From an uncultured Candidatus Rokubacteria bacterium (GTDB taxonomy: Bacteria; Methylomirabilota; Methylomirabilia; Rokubacteriales; CSP1-6): a DNA stretch of 64,000 nucleotides. Below are positions 52,560-63,134 of this stretch, in pieces (within the stretch, counting starts at the first letter, position 1; each line of letters starts with the position of its first letter). A program made the position numbers and the translations under genes. The stretch is taken from the NCBI GenBank assembly GCA_963771355.1, contig CAVYTA010000006.1:2240001-2304000 (forward strand), in the 5' to 3' direction. Under the pieces are notes generated by a model. The model had not been told where the DNA came from, did not search any database, and worked only from the letters and a program-made list of their open reading frames with translations.

Positions 52560-52721
52560 ATGGCGCGGCCAAAGGTCGTCGCTCGCCCGCTAACGATCAA
52601 GCTCCGGACGACGCGGAAAGCGGCGGAAGCGCTCTCGCTCCAGATCCGACGACTTGCCGGTCGTCTGGGGCTTCCGACCGCCGCCGTGCGCATCCGTCGG
52701 GTGAAAGGCCGGGCTAAGTGA
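52560..52721 (+). CDS. 53-aa basic microprotein (absent from ORF track)
   Basis: MARPKVVARPLTIKLRTTRKAAEALSLQIRRLAGRLGLPTAAVRIRRVKGRAK; fills the gap to the convergent cyclase stop. Confidence 0.5.
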   Translation: MARPKVVARPLTIKLRTTRKAAEALSLQIRRLAGRLGLPTAAVRIRRVKGRAK

Positions 52722-55700
52722 GGGCGGCGAGCTCCGCTTCGGCCCGGGCGAGGTCGGCGCTCATTCCGAGATCGCGGAACCCTGCGCAGGCGAGCTGAAA
52801 GGCGGGCCGGGCTCGGCCCGGCCGACCCGTCCGACCGAGCAGGCGGGCGAGACCCAACGTGCAGCGCGCGCGGAGCGGGCGCATGCCAAGCTCGTCGGCC
52901 AGGCCCGTGGCCTCTTCGTAATACTCTTCCGCTTTGACCGCATCGGCCGGGCCCTGCCTGGCGGTGATATCACCCAGGACCCTCAGGGCGTGGGCCACGT
53001 GTCCACGCTCGCCCTGCTGGCGGAAGTGGGCCAGGGCGCGCGCCGCCACCTCGGCTCCCTCGGCAACGCGGTCCGCCAGGAGGTAGACCTCGGCGAGGAG
53101 AAGGAGCACCTGCGAGTAACTCGAGGTCTGCCGGCGACCCGCCTCCTCTGCCGCCTCCTGTACCATCGGGACGGCCTCGATGGCGCGCCCGCCCAGTGCC
53201 CACGCGACACCGAGTTCCGAGCTGAGCCGTGGGCGATACGTGGGCATGTCATGCTCTCGACACACCGAGTACGCTCGCTGGAACGCTTCGGTGGCCGCCG
53301 CGACCTCGCCGCGCGCGAGATAGTGGACCCCCGCGCCGTGGTAAGCCCAGAGAACGGTGTCGGGGTGCTTCGTGGCCTCCGCGAGCTCCACGGCCTCGTC
53401 GACATATCGGCGGCTCTCGTCGAAGCGCCCCGTCTCCGCCAGGGACTCCACGAGATGACTGCGCGCGAACACGGAAGGGAGGACGGGCACGCCCAGGTGG
53501 TCGTGCGCCAGGGAGCCGGTCAGCGCGGCCACGATGCCGCCGAAGATCTCGATCGCGCGCGGGAAGTCGCCGAGGTGCAGATGAGCCCGGCCCGCATACA
53601 TGTCGGTCACCGTTCTCAGGCGAACGTCCTCCAGCTCGTCGGCCACGACCCGGGCGCGGCCGGCGCACTCGATCGCCTGCTCGTGCGCGCCGAGCAGGAA
53701 CAGACAGTTCACTTCGAAGGACAGCGCACGTCCGAGCCGAGCTCGGTCACCGAGATGATCCGCGAGCGCCTGCGCCCTCCGGAGGTATTCGAGGGTCCGC
53801 TCGTGCTCCCCGAGCAACGTGAACGCGTTCCTGAGGTCGAGAAGCACCTCCACGGCCTCCGCCTGCGTGGCGGGGGTATCGGCCAGGCCCTGCAGGACCT
53901 CCAGCGCCTGCTCGAACCAGGCGGCGGCCTCGCGGTTGGCGGAATGAGCGAACGCCTTCGCGCCCGCCTGGCGTAGATAGCGGGCCGCTCGATCCCAGCG
54001 CTGACCACGGCGGGCATGATGGGCGAGTCGCTCGACGTGCTCGGCCAGCCGGTCGGGATAGAGATGCTCGATGGCGTCCACGATCCGGGCGTGGAGCGTG
54101 GAGCGCGGCTCTCGCAACAGCGAGTTGTAGGCCACCTGGCACGTCAGGCCGTGCCTGAACATGTACTCGGGCTCTGGGAACAGGGTGATGTCGTAGACGA
54201 ATTCAGCCGCTCGGAGGCGACCGAGGCTGTCACGCAGCTCATTCTCCGCCATGTCGGCAACCGCGTGGAGCAGGCCGACGGGCACGTTCTCTCCGATCAC
54301 CGACGCGCACTGCAGGAGCCGCTTGTCTCCGGGCGCGAGGCGGTCGATCCGCGCCGCCAGGACCGCCTGGACCGTGGCCGGCACCAGGATCGCCGGCATG
54401 GGCTTGCCCAGACGATAGCGCCCGCGCTCCCCGACGAGAACACCGTTCTCGGCCAGCGTCCGGACGCTTTCCTCGAGAAAGAAGGGGTTCCCCTCGGTGC
54501 GATCGATCAGTACCTGCTTGAGAGCGGCGAGATCAGTGCCTCCGCCGACGAGGGTCGAGAGAAGTTCCTCCGCGCTTCGTGGCGACAGCGGATCGATACG
54601 GAGCTGGCCGTAGCAAGTCTTGCTCCCCCAGTCGTGCCGGTATTCCGTTCGGTAATTGACGAGGAGGAGAACCCGCGCGGTCGGCAGGCGGTCGATCAGG
54701 CTGTCGAGGAACGCCTGGGTCTCGGAGTCGATCCAGTGCAGATCCTCGAAGAGAAGACATACCGGCCGCACCTGACTCTCTCGCAGCAAGAGGTGGGTGA
54801 CCGCGTCCATCGTGTGCTGCCGCCGCTGGCGGGGAGCCAGCGCACGCCACTGCGCGTCGTCGTCCCCTGACACGTCGAGGAGCGAAAAAAGGGCGGGTAG
54901 CGTCGGGGCGAGGTTCTTGTCGAGCGCCAGTATCTTGGCCGCGATCTTGTCGCGGGCGTCCGGGTGGTCGCCCGGCCCGTGGAGCTCGAAGTAGACTCGG
55001 AGGAGCTCGATGATCGGCTGGTAGACCGTCGCCTTGCCATAGGCGGCGGCCCCCGTCCTCAGGACCAGCCACTCGGCCATGCGCTCTGATCCCGTGAACT
55101 CGTGGAAGAGCCGGGATTTTCCCACCCCCGGCTCACCCACGACGCCGACCACCTGGCCGCGGCCGGCCGCCGCCGACTGCAGGGCCCGGCCGAGTAGGGC
55201 CAGCTCCGCATCGCGGCCCACGAAGCCGGTCAGCCCGCGCGCCGCCGCCGCCTCCAGCCGCCACCGCGCGGCGCCGCTCCCCGTGATGGCGTAGACCTCG
55301 ACGGGAGCGTCGAGACCGCGGATCGGCAGCGGGCCGAGCGACGTCACGCGGACATGGCCTTCGGCCAGTCGGAGCGTGTCAGCGGTGGCGAGGATCGATC
55401 CCGGCTCGGCCATCTGCTCCATGCGGGCCGCGAGGTGCGTGGTGTGCCCCACCGCCGAGTAGTCCGTCCGGAGGTCGTTGCCGATGGACCGGACCACGAC
55501 GTCGCCGGAGTTGAGCCCGATCCTGATCTGGATCGGCACCCCGCGGGCGTGCCGGATCTCCTCGGCGTGGCGCCGAACCCGGTCCTGCATGCGCAGCGCC
55601 GCGTAACAGGCCCGGACGGCGTGATCCTCGTGGGCCAGCGGAGCCCCGAACAAGGCCATGATGCCGTCGCCCATCACCTGGTTGACGGTGCCCTCGTAGT

Positions 55701-56082
55701 GATGGACGGCTTCCATCATCAGCTCGAGGACGGGGTCGAGGATCCGCCGTGCCTCCTCCGGATCACGGTCGCCCAGCAGCTCCATCGAGCCCTTGAGGTC
55801 GGCAAAGAGCACGGTCACCTGCTTCCGCTCGCCTTCGAGCGCCGCCCGCGAGGTGAAGATCTTCTCGGCCAGGTGCCGCGGCGTGTAGGATCCGGGTGAC
55901 GCGAACCGGTCGTCGGCGGACCGCGGGAACCCCTCCAGCGCACATCCGCAGTGCGGACAAAACTTTGCCAGGGCGGAGACCTGACCGCCGCAGACGGCAC
56001 AGGCCCGGTCGAGGGGAAACCCGCAGTGCTCACAGAACTTCGGGGACGCTAGGTTGTCCTGAAGACACCGGGGGCACTTCAT
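52714..56082 (-). CDS. Double zinc ribbon-class III adenylate/guanylate cyclase-AAA ATPase-TPR protein
   Basis: Four CxxC, VLFADLKGS, GDGIMALFG, GEPGVGKS, FEDLHW, GNPFFLEE, helical repeats; ATG 56082 after GGAGG. Confidence 0.92.
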   Translation of the reverse strand: MKCPRCLQDNLASPKFCEHCGFPLDRACAVCGGQVSALAKFCPHCGCALEGFPRSADDRFASPGSYTPRHLAEKIFTSRAALEGERKQVTVLFADLKGSMELLGDRDPEEARRILDPVLELMMEAVHHYEGTVNQVMGDGIMALFGAPLAHEDHAVRACYAALRMQDRVRRHAEEIRHARGVPIQIRIGLNSGDVVVRSIGNDLRTDYSAVGHTTHLAARMEQMAEPGSILATADTLRLAEGHVRVTSLGPLPIRGLDAPVEVYAITGSGAARWRLEAAAARGLTGFVGRDAELALLGRALQSAAAGRGQVVGVVGEPGVGKSRLFHEFTGSERMAEWLVLRTGAAAYGKATVYQPIIELLRVYFELHGPGDHPDARDKIAAKILALDKNLAPTLPALFSLLDVSGDDDAQWRALAPRQRRQHTMDAVTHLLLRESQVRPVCLLFEDLHWIDSETQAFLDSLIDRLPTARVLLLVNYRTEYRHDWGSKTCYGQLRIDPLSPRSAEELLSTLVGGGTDLAALKQVLIDRTEGNPFFLEESVRTLAENGVLVGERGRYRLGKPMPAILVPATVQAVLAARIDRLAPGDKRLLQCASVIGENVPVGLLHAVADMAENELRDSLGRLRAAEFVYDITLFPEPEYMFRHGLTCQVAYNSLLREPRSTLHARIVDAIEHLYPDRLAEHVERLAHHARRGQRWDRAARYLRQAGAKAFAHSANREAAAWFEQALEVLQGLADTPATQAEAVEVLLDLRNAFTLLGEHERTLEYLRRAQALADHLGDRARLGRALSFEVNCLFLLGAHEQAIECAGRARVVADELEDVRLRTVTDMYAGRAHLHLGDFPRAIEIFGGIVAALTGSLAHDHLGVPVLPSVFARSHLVESLAETGRFDESRRYVDEAVELAEATKHPDTVLWAYHGAGVHYLARGEVAAATEAFQRAYSVCREHDMPTYRPRLSSELGVAWALGGRAIEAVPMVQEAAEEAGRRQTSSYSQVLLLLAEVYLLADRVAEGAEVAARALAHFRQQGERGHVAHALRVLGDITARQGPADAVKAEEYYEEATGLADELGMRPLRARCTLGLARLLGRTGRPGRARPAFQLACAGFRDLGMSADLARAEAELAALT

Positions 56083-56099
56083 CGACCCCTCCGAGCCGC

Positions 56100-57293
56100 T
56101 CAGTCCTTGGGGAGGCCGAGCACGCGCTCGCCGAGGATATTGCGGAGGATCTCGGTAGTGCCGGCGCGGATACCGCTGCCGCGGGCGAGGCAGCAGTAGA
56201 ACTCCCACTGGCCCTCGTCCACCGCCCACGGGCTCGGCGCCGCGATCTGCGAGTAGGGTCCGATCACCTCGGTGGCGATCTCCGCGAGGTCCTGATCCAC
56301 CTGGCTCCAGAAGAGCTTCGAGGTCGAGCCCTCGGGACCGGGGGCGCCGCCCTTGAGGATCTTGGTGAGGCTCCGGTACCCGTTGAGCTGGAGGCACCGC
56401 TCCGCGACCATCAGCCCCGCAAGCTTCTGGCGGATCACCGGCTCCGCCGCCGCGGTCTGCCCGTTGCGCGGCGTGCGCTTGGCCAGCGCGATGAGCCGCT
56501 CCAGCGCGGTGCGCAGGCTGATGTGGCGGATCATGGTGAGGACATCGCGCTCGTAGGACAGCGTGGTGATGGCCACGCCCCAGCCCTCGTTGACCTTGCC
56601 CACCACGTTGGATGCGGGCACGCGCACGTTCTCGAGGAACACCTCGTTGAACTCCGCCTCGCCGGTGATCTGGCGCAGCGGCCGGATGGTGACCCCCGGC
56701 GATCTCATGTCCAGCAGCAAGAAGGTGATGCCCTTGTGCTTGGCGGCGGCGGGATCGGTCCGCACCAGGAAGAAGCCCCAGTCGGCGACATGCGCCATGC
56801 TGGTCCACACCTTCTGGCCATTGAGCACGTACCAGTCGCCGTCGAGCACCGCGCGCGTCTGGAGATTGGCGAGATCGCTGCCCGCGTTCGGCTCGGAAAA
56901 TCCCTGGCACCAGATCTCCTCGGCGGTGAGGATCCGGTCCAGATGGCGACCCTTCTGGGCGGCGGTGCCGTGCTTCATGAGGGTGGGGCCGAGCATGGAG
57001 AGCCCGCTCCGGTTGAGCGGCTGGGGCGCCTGCGCCCGCGACATCTCCTCGTAGAACATCACCTGCTCCACCAGGGAGGCGCCGCGCCCGCCGTACTCCG
57101 TCGGCCAGTCCATGCCCACGTAGCCGGCCTTGTACAGCGTGCGCTGCCAGTCGCGGAGCCGCCGCACCGCTTCGAGGTCGGCACGGGAGGAGGCAAACCC
57201 GCGGCCGCGCAGCTCCGCGGGGACATTCGCCTCGAGCCAGGCGCGGACTTCCTGGCGGAAGGCTTGCTGGTTTTCGGTGAAGTCGAAGTCCAT
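56100..57293 (-). CDS. Acyl-CoA dehydrogenase family protein
   Basis: WCQGFSEPNAGSDLA, NGQKVWTS, FNEVFLENV, GTTEILRNILGERVLGLP. Confidence 0.94.
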   Translation of the reverse strand: MDFDFTENQQAFRQEVRAWLEANVPAELRGRGFASSRADLEAVRRLRDWQRTLYKAGYVGMDWPTEYGGRGASLVEQVMFYEEMSRAQAPQPLNRSGLSMLGPTLMKHGTAAQKGRHLDRILTAEEIWCQGFSEPNAGSDLANLQTRAVLDGDWYVLNGQKVWTSMAHVADWGFFLVRTDPAAAKHKGITFLLLDMRSPGVTIRPLRQITGEAEFNEVFLENVRVPASNVVGKVNEGWGVAITTLSYERDVLTMIRHISLRTALERLIALAKRTPRNGQTAAAEPVIRQKLAGLMVAERCLQLNGYRSLTKILKGGAPGPEGSTSKLFWSQVDQDLAEIATEVIGPYSQIAAPSPWAVDEGQWEFYCCLARGSGIRAGTTEILRNILGERVLGLPKD

Positions 57294-57326
57294 GGTGCTA
57301 GTTCTACCCCCTCTTTCACCATCAGT

Positions 57327-57377
57327 GGGGGCCTCGAAATGGCCCCCGCTCTCCCCTACCGGCGGCCTTCGGCCGCC
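57327..57377. repeat. Two adjacent GC-rich hairpins (REP-like)
   Basis: GGGGGCC-TCGAAAT-GGCCCCC (57327-57347) and GGCGGCC-TTC-GGCCGCC (57361-57377). Confidence 0.5.
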
Positions 57378-57388
57378 CAGCGGGCCGC

Positions 57389-57803
57389 CTAGATTATGCC
57401 GGTGTCGGGGCGGGCGACGACGGCGTTGATCTTCCAGTCGCCGCCTTCGGCCACCAGCTCGTAGACGGCCTCGACGCTCACCCCGTTGGCGCCGCGGATC
57501 TTGAGCACGAGGTAGACATTGCCGTTGGGCGCCAGCTCGCCTTTGGCCACCACCGCGAAGACGGAGCGCGCGATCTCTGGATAGCCGCCCGATGACCATC
57601 CGCTCGAAGGCCGCGCGATCGAACTGCTGGTGGATGGCCTCGGAGGCGAAGGGTAGGCGGTATCGAAATCGCTCGCGGCGGAAGGCCTCGAGCTGCTTCA
57701 TGACGGGCTCCGTCGCCGCCGCCACCGCCGGCTCGTCCGCGCCCTCCGTCCCCGGCGCCAGGCCGAGCAGCAGCGCGAGGACGAGACCGACCCGCGCGGT
57801 CAA
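57389..57803 (-). pseudogene. DUF4864-like secreted protein, three 1-nt indels as assembled
   Basis: Reconstruction: MTARVGLVLALL...QLEAFRR.DFDTAY.FASEAIHQQF...FERMV.GGYPEIARS...VEAVYELV...WKINAV. Confidence 0.7.
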
Positions 57804-58597
57804 TGCATCACGCTGCCGCCGTCCACCATCAGGGCCTGGCCCGTGATGTTCCGCGCCTGCTCCGACGCGAGGAAGACGGCCGCCCAGCCGATGTCCTCCG
57901 GAGTCTGCTCGCGCTTCATCGGAATGACGTCGGCCACGCGCTTGTCGAACACCTGGCGGGCGGACATCCCGGCAAAGGCGGGGTTCGTATCCGCGATGTA
58001 CTTGGCCAGCCCCTCCCAGAACGCGGTCCAGAGCACGCCCGGGCAGATCGCGTTGACGGTGATCCCGTGCGGCGCCAGCTCCTTGGCCACCACGCGCGTG
58101 AAGGTGATGACCCCGCCCTTGGCCACCGAGTAGGGCGGCATCGTCTGCGCGGCCAGCGGGCCCGCGATCGAGGCGATATTGATGATGCGCCCGGCCTTGC
58201 GCTCGATGAAGTATGGCGCGATCGCCTTGGAGGTGAGGAACACGGACTTGAGATTCACCTCGTAGGTGCGGTCCCAGTCCTCCTCCGTGTTCACGGTGAA
58301 GGGCATGCCGGGAGGCGACGCCATCCCGGCATTGTTCACGAGGATGTCGATCCGCCCCAGCTCCCGCTTGATGCGGTCGAAGGCGGCCCCGATCTCCGCG
58401 CTCTTCGTCACGTCGCAGCGCATGCCGATGGCCTTCCGGCCCAGCGCCTGGACTTGCCGCGCGACGTGACCTGCGTTTCCTTCCTGAATATCGGGGATGG
58501 CGATGTCCGCGCCTTCCTTGGCCATGCACATGACGATGCCTTCGCCGATGCCCGACCCGCCGCCCGTCACCACCGCCACCTTGCCGTCGAGTCTCAT
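57800..58597 (-). CDS. SDR family oxidoreductase
   Basis: TGGGSGIG, VNNAG, YSVAK, VNAICPG, ITGQALMVDGG. Confidence 0.95.
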   Translation of the reverse strand: MRLDGKVAVVTGGGSGIGEGIVMCMAKEGADIAIPDIQEGNAGHVARQVQALGRKAIGMRCDVTKSAEIGAAFDRIKRELGRIDILVNNAGMASPPGMPFTVNTEEDWDRTYEVNLKSVFLTSKAIAPYFIERKAGRIINIASIAGPLAAQTMPPYSVAKGGVITFTRVVAKELAPHGITVNAICPGVLWTAFWEGLAKYIADTNPAFAGMSARQVFDKRVADVIPMKREQTPEDIGWAAVFLASEQARNITGQALMVDGGSVMH

Positions 58598-58646
58598 ATG
58601 CGAGCGACTATATAATGTCGCCCTACCCCACTCAAGGAGGCCCTCG

Positions 58647-60377
58647 ATGGCCGAGGTCGCGCTGCGCAGCCGCAACTGGTTCGGGCGAAAGGATCTGGAC
58701 GGGTTCGCCCATCGCTCGTGGATCAAGGCGGAGGGCTTTTCCGACCTCATGTTCGACGGCCGCCCCGTCATCGGCATCGCGAACTCGTGGTCCGAGCTGA
58801 CGAGCTGCAACGCGCATCTCCGCACCGTCGCGGAGGCGGTGAAGCGCGGCGTGCTCTCCGCGGGCGGCTTCCCCCTCGAGTTCCCCACCATCTCGCTGGG
58901 CGAGGTCCTGATGAAGCCCACCACCATGATGTTCCGCAACCTCATGGCGATGGACGTGGAGGAATGCATCCGCGCCTACCCGCTCGACGGCGTGATCCTG
59001 CTCTCGGGCTGCGACAAGACCACGCCCGCCATGCTGATGGGCGCCGCCTCGGCCGACGTGCCGGCCATTCTCCTCACCGGCGGCCCCATGCTGAACGGCA
59101 TCCGCGGCCAGGAGCAGCTCGGCTCCGGTACCGACACATGGCGGCTGTGGGCGGAGCGGCGCGCGGGGCGCCTCAGCGAGGAGGAGTTCTGCGAGCTGGA
59201 GGCGTGCATGTCGCGCTCGGCCGGTCACTGCATGGTGATGGGCACCGCGTCCACCATGGCCTCGATGGGCGAGGCGCTCGGCATGGCGCTGCCCGGCAAC
59301 GCCGCCATCCCCGCCGCCGACTCGCGGCGTCTCGCGCTGGCCGAGATGGCCGGCCGCCGCATCATCGAGATGGCGCGCGAGGGCCTCAAGCCGTCGCAGA
59401 TCCTCACCGCCAAGGCCTTCGACAACGCCATCCGCGCCGACATGGCCATCGGCGGATCCACCAACGCCATCATCCACCTGGTGGCCATCGCCGGCCGCGC
59501 CGGGGTGCCGCTGCCCCTGACGCGCTTCGACGAGCTCTCGCGCAGCACGCCCTTCCTGGTCAACGTGAAGCCCTCCGGCAAGTACCTGATGGAGGACTTC
59601 TTCTACGCGGGCGGGCTGCCCGCCGTCCTCCGCGAGCTCCTCCCGCTGCTCCACGGCGACGCGCTCACCGTGACCGGCCAGACCCTCGCCGAGAACGTGG
59701 CCGGGGCGGAGAACTGGAACGCGGACGTCATCCGGCCGCTGGGTCTGCCCATCGCGCCCGAGGGCGGCACCGTGATCCTCACCGGCAATCTCTGTCCCGA
59801 CGGCGCCGTGCTCAAGCAGTCAGCCGCGTCCCCGCACCTGCTCGTGCACCGCGGGCGCGCGGTGGTGTTCGAGGACCATGCCGACCTCCACGCGCGCATC
59901 GACGACCCGGCCCTCGCGATGGACGAGACCTCGGTGCTGGTGCTCAAGCGCGTGGGGCCCAAGGGCGCCCCCGGCATGCCCGAGTGGGGCGCCGCGCCCA
60001 TTCCCGCGCGCCTCCTGCAGAAGGGCGTCAAGGACATGGTACGGATCTCGGACGCGCGGATGAGCGGGACGTCGTACGGGACGGTGGTGCTGCACGTGTC
60101 GCCGGAGGCAGCGGTGGGCGGGCCGCTGGCGCTCGTTCGCGACGGTGACGAGATCGAGCTCGACGTCCCTAACCGACGGCTCAGCCTCCGGGTCCCCGAC
60201 GAGGAGCTGGCGCGCCGGCGCGCCGCGTGGACGCCGCCGCCGCCGCACTTCGAGCGCGGCTATGGCCGGCTGTTCCTCGACCACGTGCTCCAGGCGCATC
60301 TGGGCGTCGACTTTGATTTCCTCGTCGGGAAGACGCCGGTGCGGCTCGAGGACAGCGCCGGGCCGAGCCACGCGTAA
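58647..60377 (+). CDS. IlvD/Edd family dehydratase (sugar-acid dehydratase-like)
   Basis: AGGAGG RBS; CNAHL, GCDKT, GHCMVMGTASTM, GGSTNA, PGMPEW, SDARMSGT, LHVSPE. Confidence 0.93.
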   Translation: MAEVALRSRNWFGRKDLDGFAHRSWIKAEGFSDLMFDGRPVIGIANSWSELTSCNAHLRTVAEAVKRGVLSAGGFPLEFPTISLGEVLMKPTTMMFRNLMAMDVEECIRAYPLDGVILLSGCDKTTPAMLMGAASADVPAILLTGGPMLNGIRGQEQLGSGTDTWRLWAERRAGRLSEEEFCELEACMSRSAGHCMVMGTASTMASMGEALGMALPGNAAIPAADSRRLALAEMAGRRIIEMAREGLKPSQILTAKAFDNAIRADMAIGGSTNAIIHLVAIAGRAGVPLPLTRFDELSRSTPFLVNVKPSGKYLMEDFFYAGGLPAVLRELLPLLHGDALTVTGQTLAENVAGAENWNADVIRPLGLPIAPEGGTVILTGNLCPDGAVLKQSAASPHLLVHRGRAVVFEDHADLHARIDDPALAMDETSVLVLKRVGPKGAPGMPEWGAAPIPARLLQKGVKDMVRISDARMSGTSYGTVVLHVSPEAAVGGPLALVRDGDEIELDVPNRRLSLRVPDEELARRRAAWTPPPPHFERGYGRLFLDHVLQAHLGVDFDFLVGKTPVRLEDSAGPSHA

Positions 60378-60427
60378 ACAGGACGGAGGATGACGGCGTC
60401 CAATCGGTAGGGAAAGGAGGCAAGCAC

Positions 60428-60862
60428 ATGCGTCGACTCATCGCACTCACCGTCGCCATCGCGCTCGCCCTACCAGTGATCATCGCGTTCGGACCCACGC
60501 CGGCTCGCGCCGACAACGGCACCGCCACCAACGTGGCCCTGGGACTGGCCGCCTTCGCGGTCTTCAACCAGCTCCTGGGCCCCCGCCCGGTCCAGGTGGA
60601 ATACCGCCCGGCGCCGGTGTACCACGGGCCGGCCCCGGTGTATCGAGAAGGGCCCGGCTATCGGCAATGGCCCGGGTATGGAAGCGGACACGGGTACCGG
60701 AGAGTACCCGCATACCCGCACGGATACCCGCGCGTGGTGCCTTACCCTCAGGGCCGGTACGAGCTCCGCGGCGACGGCTACCACGCTCGGTGGGTGTGGA
60801 TCCCCTACGGGCGGCACCCGGCGCCCCCCCTGCCGCACTTTCCGCCGCCGTATCATCGTTAA
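60428..60862 (+). CDS. Hypothetical exported Pro/Tyr/Gly-rich protein
   Basis: AGGAGG RBS, signal peptide ending PARA, low-complexity YxxP repeats, WVWIP motif. Confidence 0.75.
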   Translation: MRRLIALTVAIALALPVIIAFGPTPARADNGTATNVALGLAAFAVFNQLLGPRPVQVEYRPAPVYHGPAPVYREGPGYRQWPGYGSGHGYRRVPAYPHGYPRVVPYPQGRYELRGDGYHARWVWIPYGRHPAPPLPHFPPPYHR

Positions 60863-60895
60863 CCACGGGCGATAACCACGGGCTGAACCGTCGAG

Positions 60896-60927
60896 GAGGC
60901 CCCTGGGGCAAATGCCTCAGGGGCCTT
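60896..60927. terminator. Stem-loop between convergent genes
   Basis: AGGCCCTGGGGCA-AA-TGCCTCAGGGGCCT imperfect inverted repeat. Confidence 0.4.
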
Positions 60928-61022
60928 GCTGGCGAGCGGGGTCAGAGAGGAGTCCATGCCGTCTCCCTACCAAGCGTCATTTTCGGCCTCAACGCGCGAT
61001 TCCCCGGGTGCGCTTCCCGGCC

Positions 61023-61919
61023 TTACGGCTCCAGCGCGCGCCCGAGAAATTCGTGGGCGGCGGCCAGCCGCCGGGCGGCCTCCCGGCGGTCGACACCCAG
61101 GCGCGCCATCACGATGGCGAGCTTGGCGCGCCCGCCGGCGGCGGCGAGCAGGCGCTGGGCGACCCGCGGCGTCACGCGACCCAGCTCGACGACCAGAGCC
61201 GTTGCGCGCGCGCGGAGCTTGGCCGAGCGCGGCAGGAGATCCACCATGCGGTTGCCGTGGACCTTGCCGAGCCGCACGAAGACTGCGGTGGTGAGGGTGT
61301 TCAGCGCAAGCTTGGTGGCGGTTCCGGCCTTGAGACGAGTGGAGCCGGCGAGGACCTCCGGCCCGACCGCCAGGGGAACGACCACCCGCGCCGCCGAGCG
61401 GGAGATCCCGGGATTGCACGTCACCAGCACGGTGGCGGCGCCGCGCCGCCGCGCCTCCGCGAGCGCCCCGCGCACGAAGGGCGTCACGCCGCTCGCGGCC
61501 ACGCCCACCACCACGTCGCCCCGCCGCGCCCGTCGGCGCACCTGGCGCGCCCCGTCCGCGGCGTCGTCCTCGGCGCCTTCCCGGGCCCGGAACACGGAGG
61601 ACCGCCCGCCCGCCATGACCGCCTGGACCAGAGCGGGCGGAGTGCCGAAGGTCGGCGGGCACTCCGCCGCCTCGAGCACCCCCAACCGGCCGCTCGTGCC
61701 CGCGCCCACGAAGACGAGCCGGCCGCCTCGCGCCAGCGCGCGCGCCGTCAGCTCCACCGCCCGCGCCAGCGGCGCCGCCGCGCGGCCCACCGCGCGTACC
61801 GCGCCCCGATCGGCGCGGTTCATGAGCCGAGCGATGGCCAGCGGGGTCAATCGATCGAGGCGGCGGCTCGCGGGATTGGGCCGCTCGGTGGGCAGGCGCG
61901 CGTAGCGAATCTTCCGCAT
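61023..61919 (-). CDS. murQ: N-acetylmuramic acid 6-phosphate etherase
   Basis: LPTERPNP, GAGTSGRLGVL..AECPPTFG, EGAED, GPEVLAGSTRLKAGTA.K, GNRMVD. Confidence 0.96.
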   Translation of the reverse strand: MRKIRYARLPTERPNPASRRLDRLTPLAIARLMNRADRGAVRAVGRAAAPLARAVELTARALARGGRLVFVGAGTSGRLGVLEAAECPPTFGTPPALVQAVMAGGRSSVFRAREGAEDDAADGARQVRRRARRGDVVVGVAASGVTPFVRGALAEARRRGAATVLVTCNPGISRSAARVVVPLAVGPEVLAGSTRLKAGTATKLALNTLTTAVFVRLGKVHGNRMVDLLPRSAKLRARATALVVELGRVTPRVAQRLLAAAGGRAKLAIVMARLGVDRREAARRLAAAHEFLGRALEP

Positions 61920-61954
61920 GGGCGGGCGCGCCTATCCTACTACTATAGAAGCTG

Positions 61955-63127
<1,173 letters not shown>

Positions 63128-63134
63128 GCCCGCC

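Noticed and set aside
60860..60885. Short direct repeat TAACCACGGGC x2 after the 60428 gene
   Set aside because: Only two 11-bp copies with no associated element; likely local slippage.
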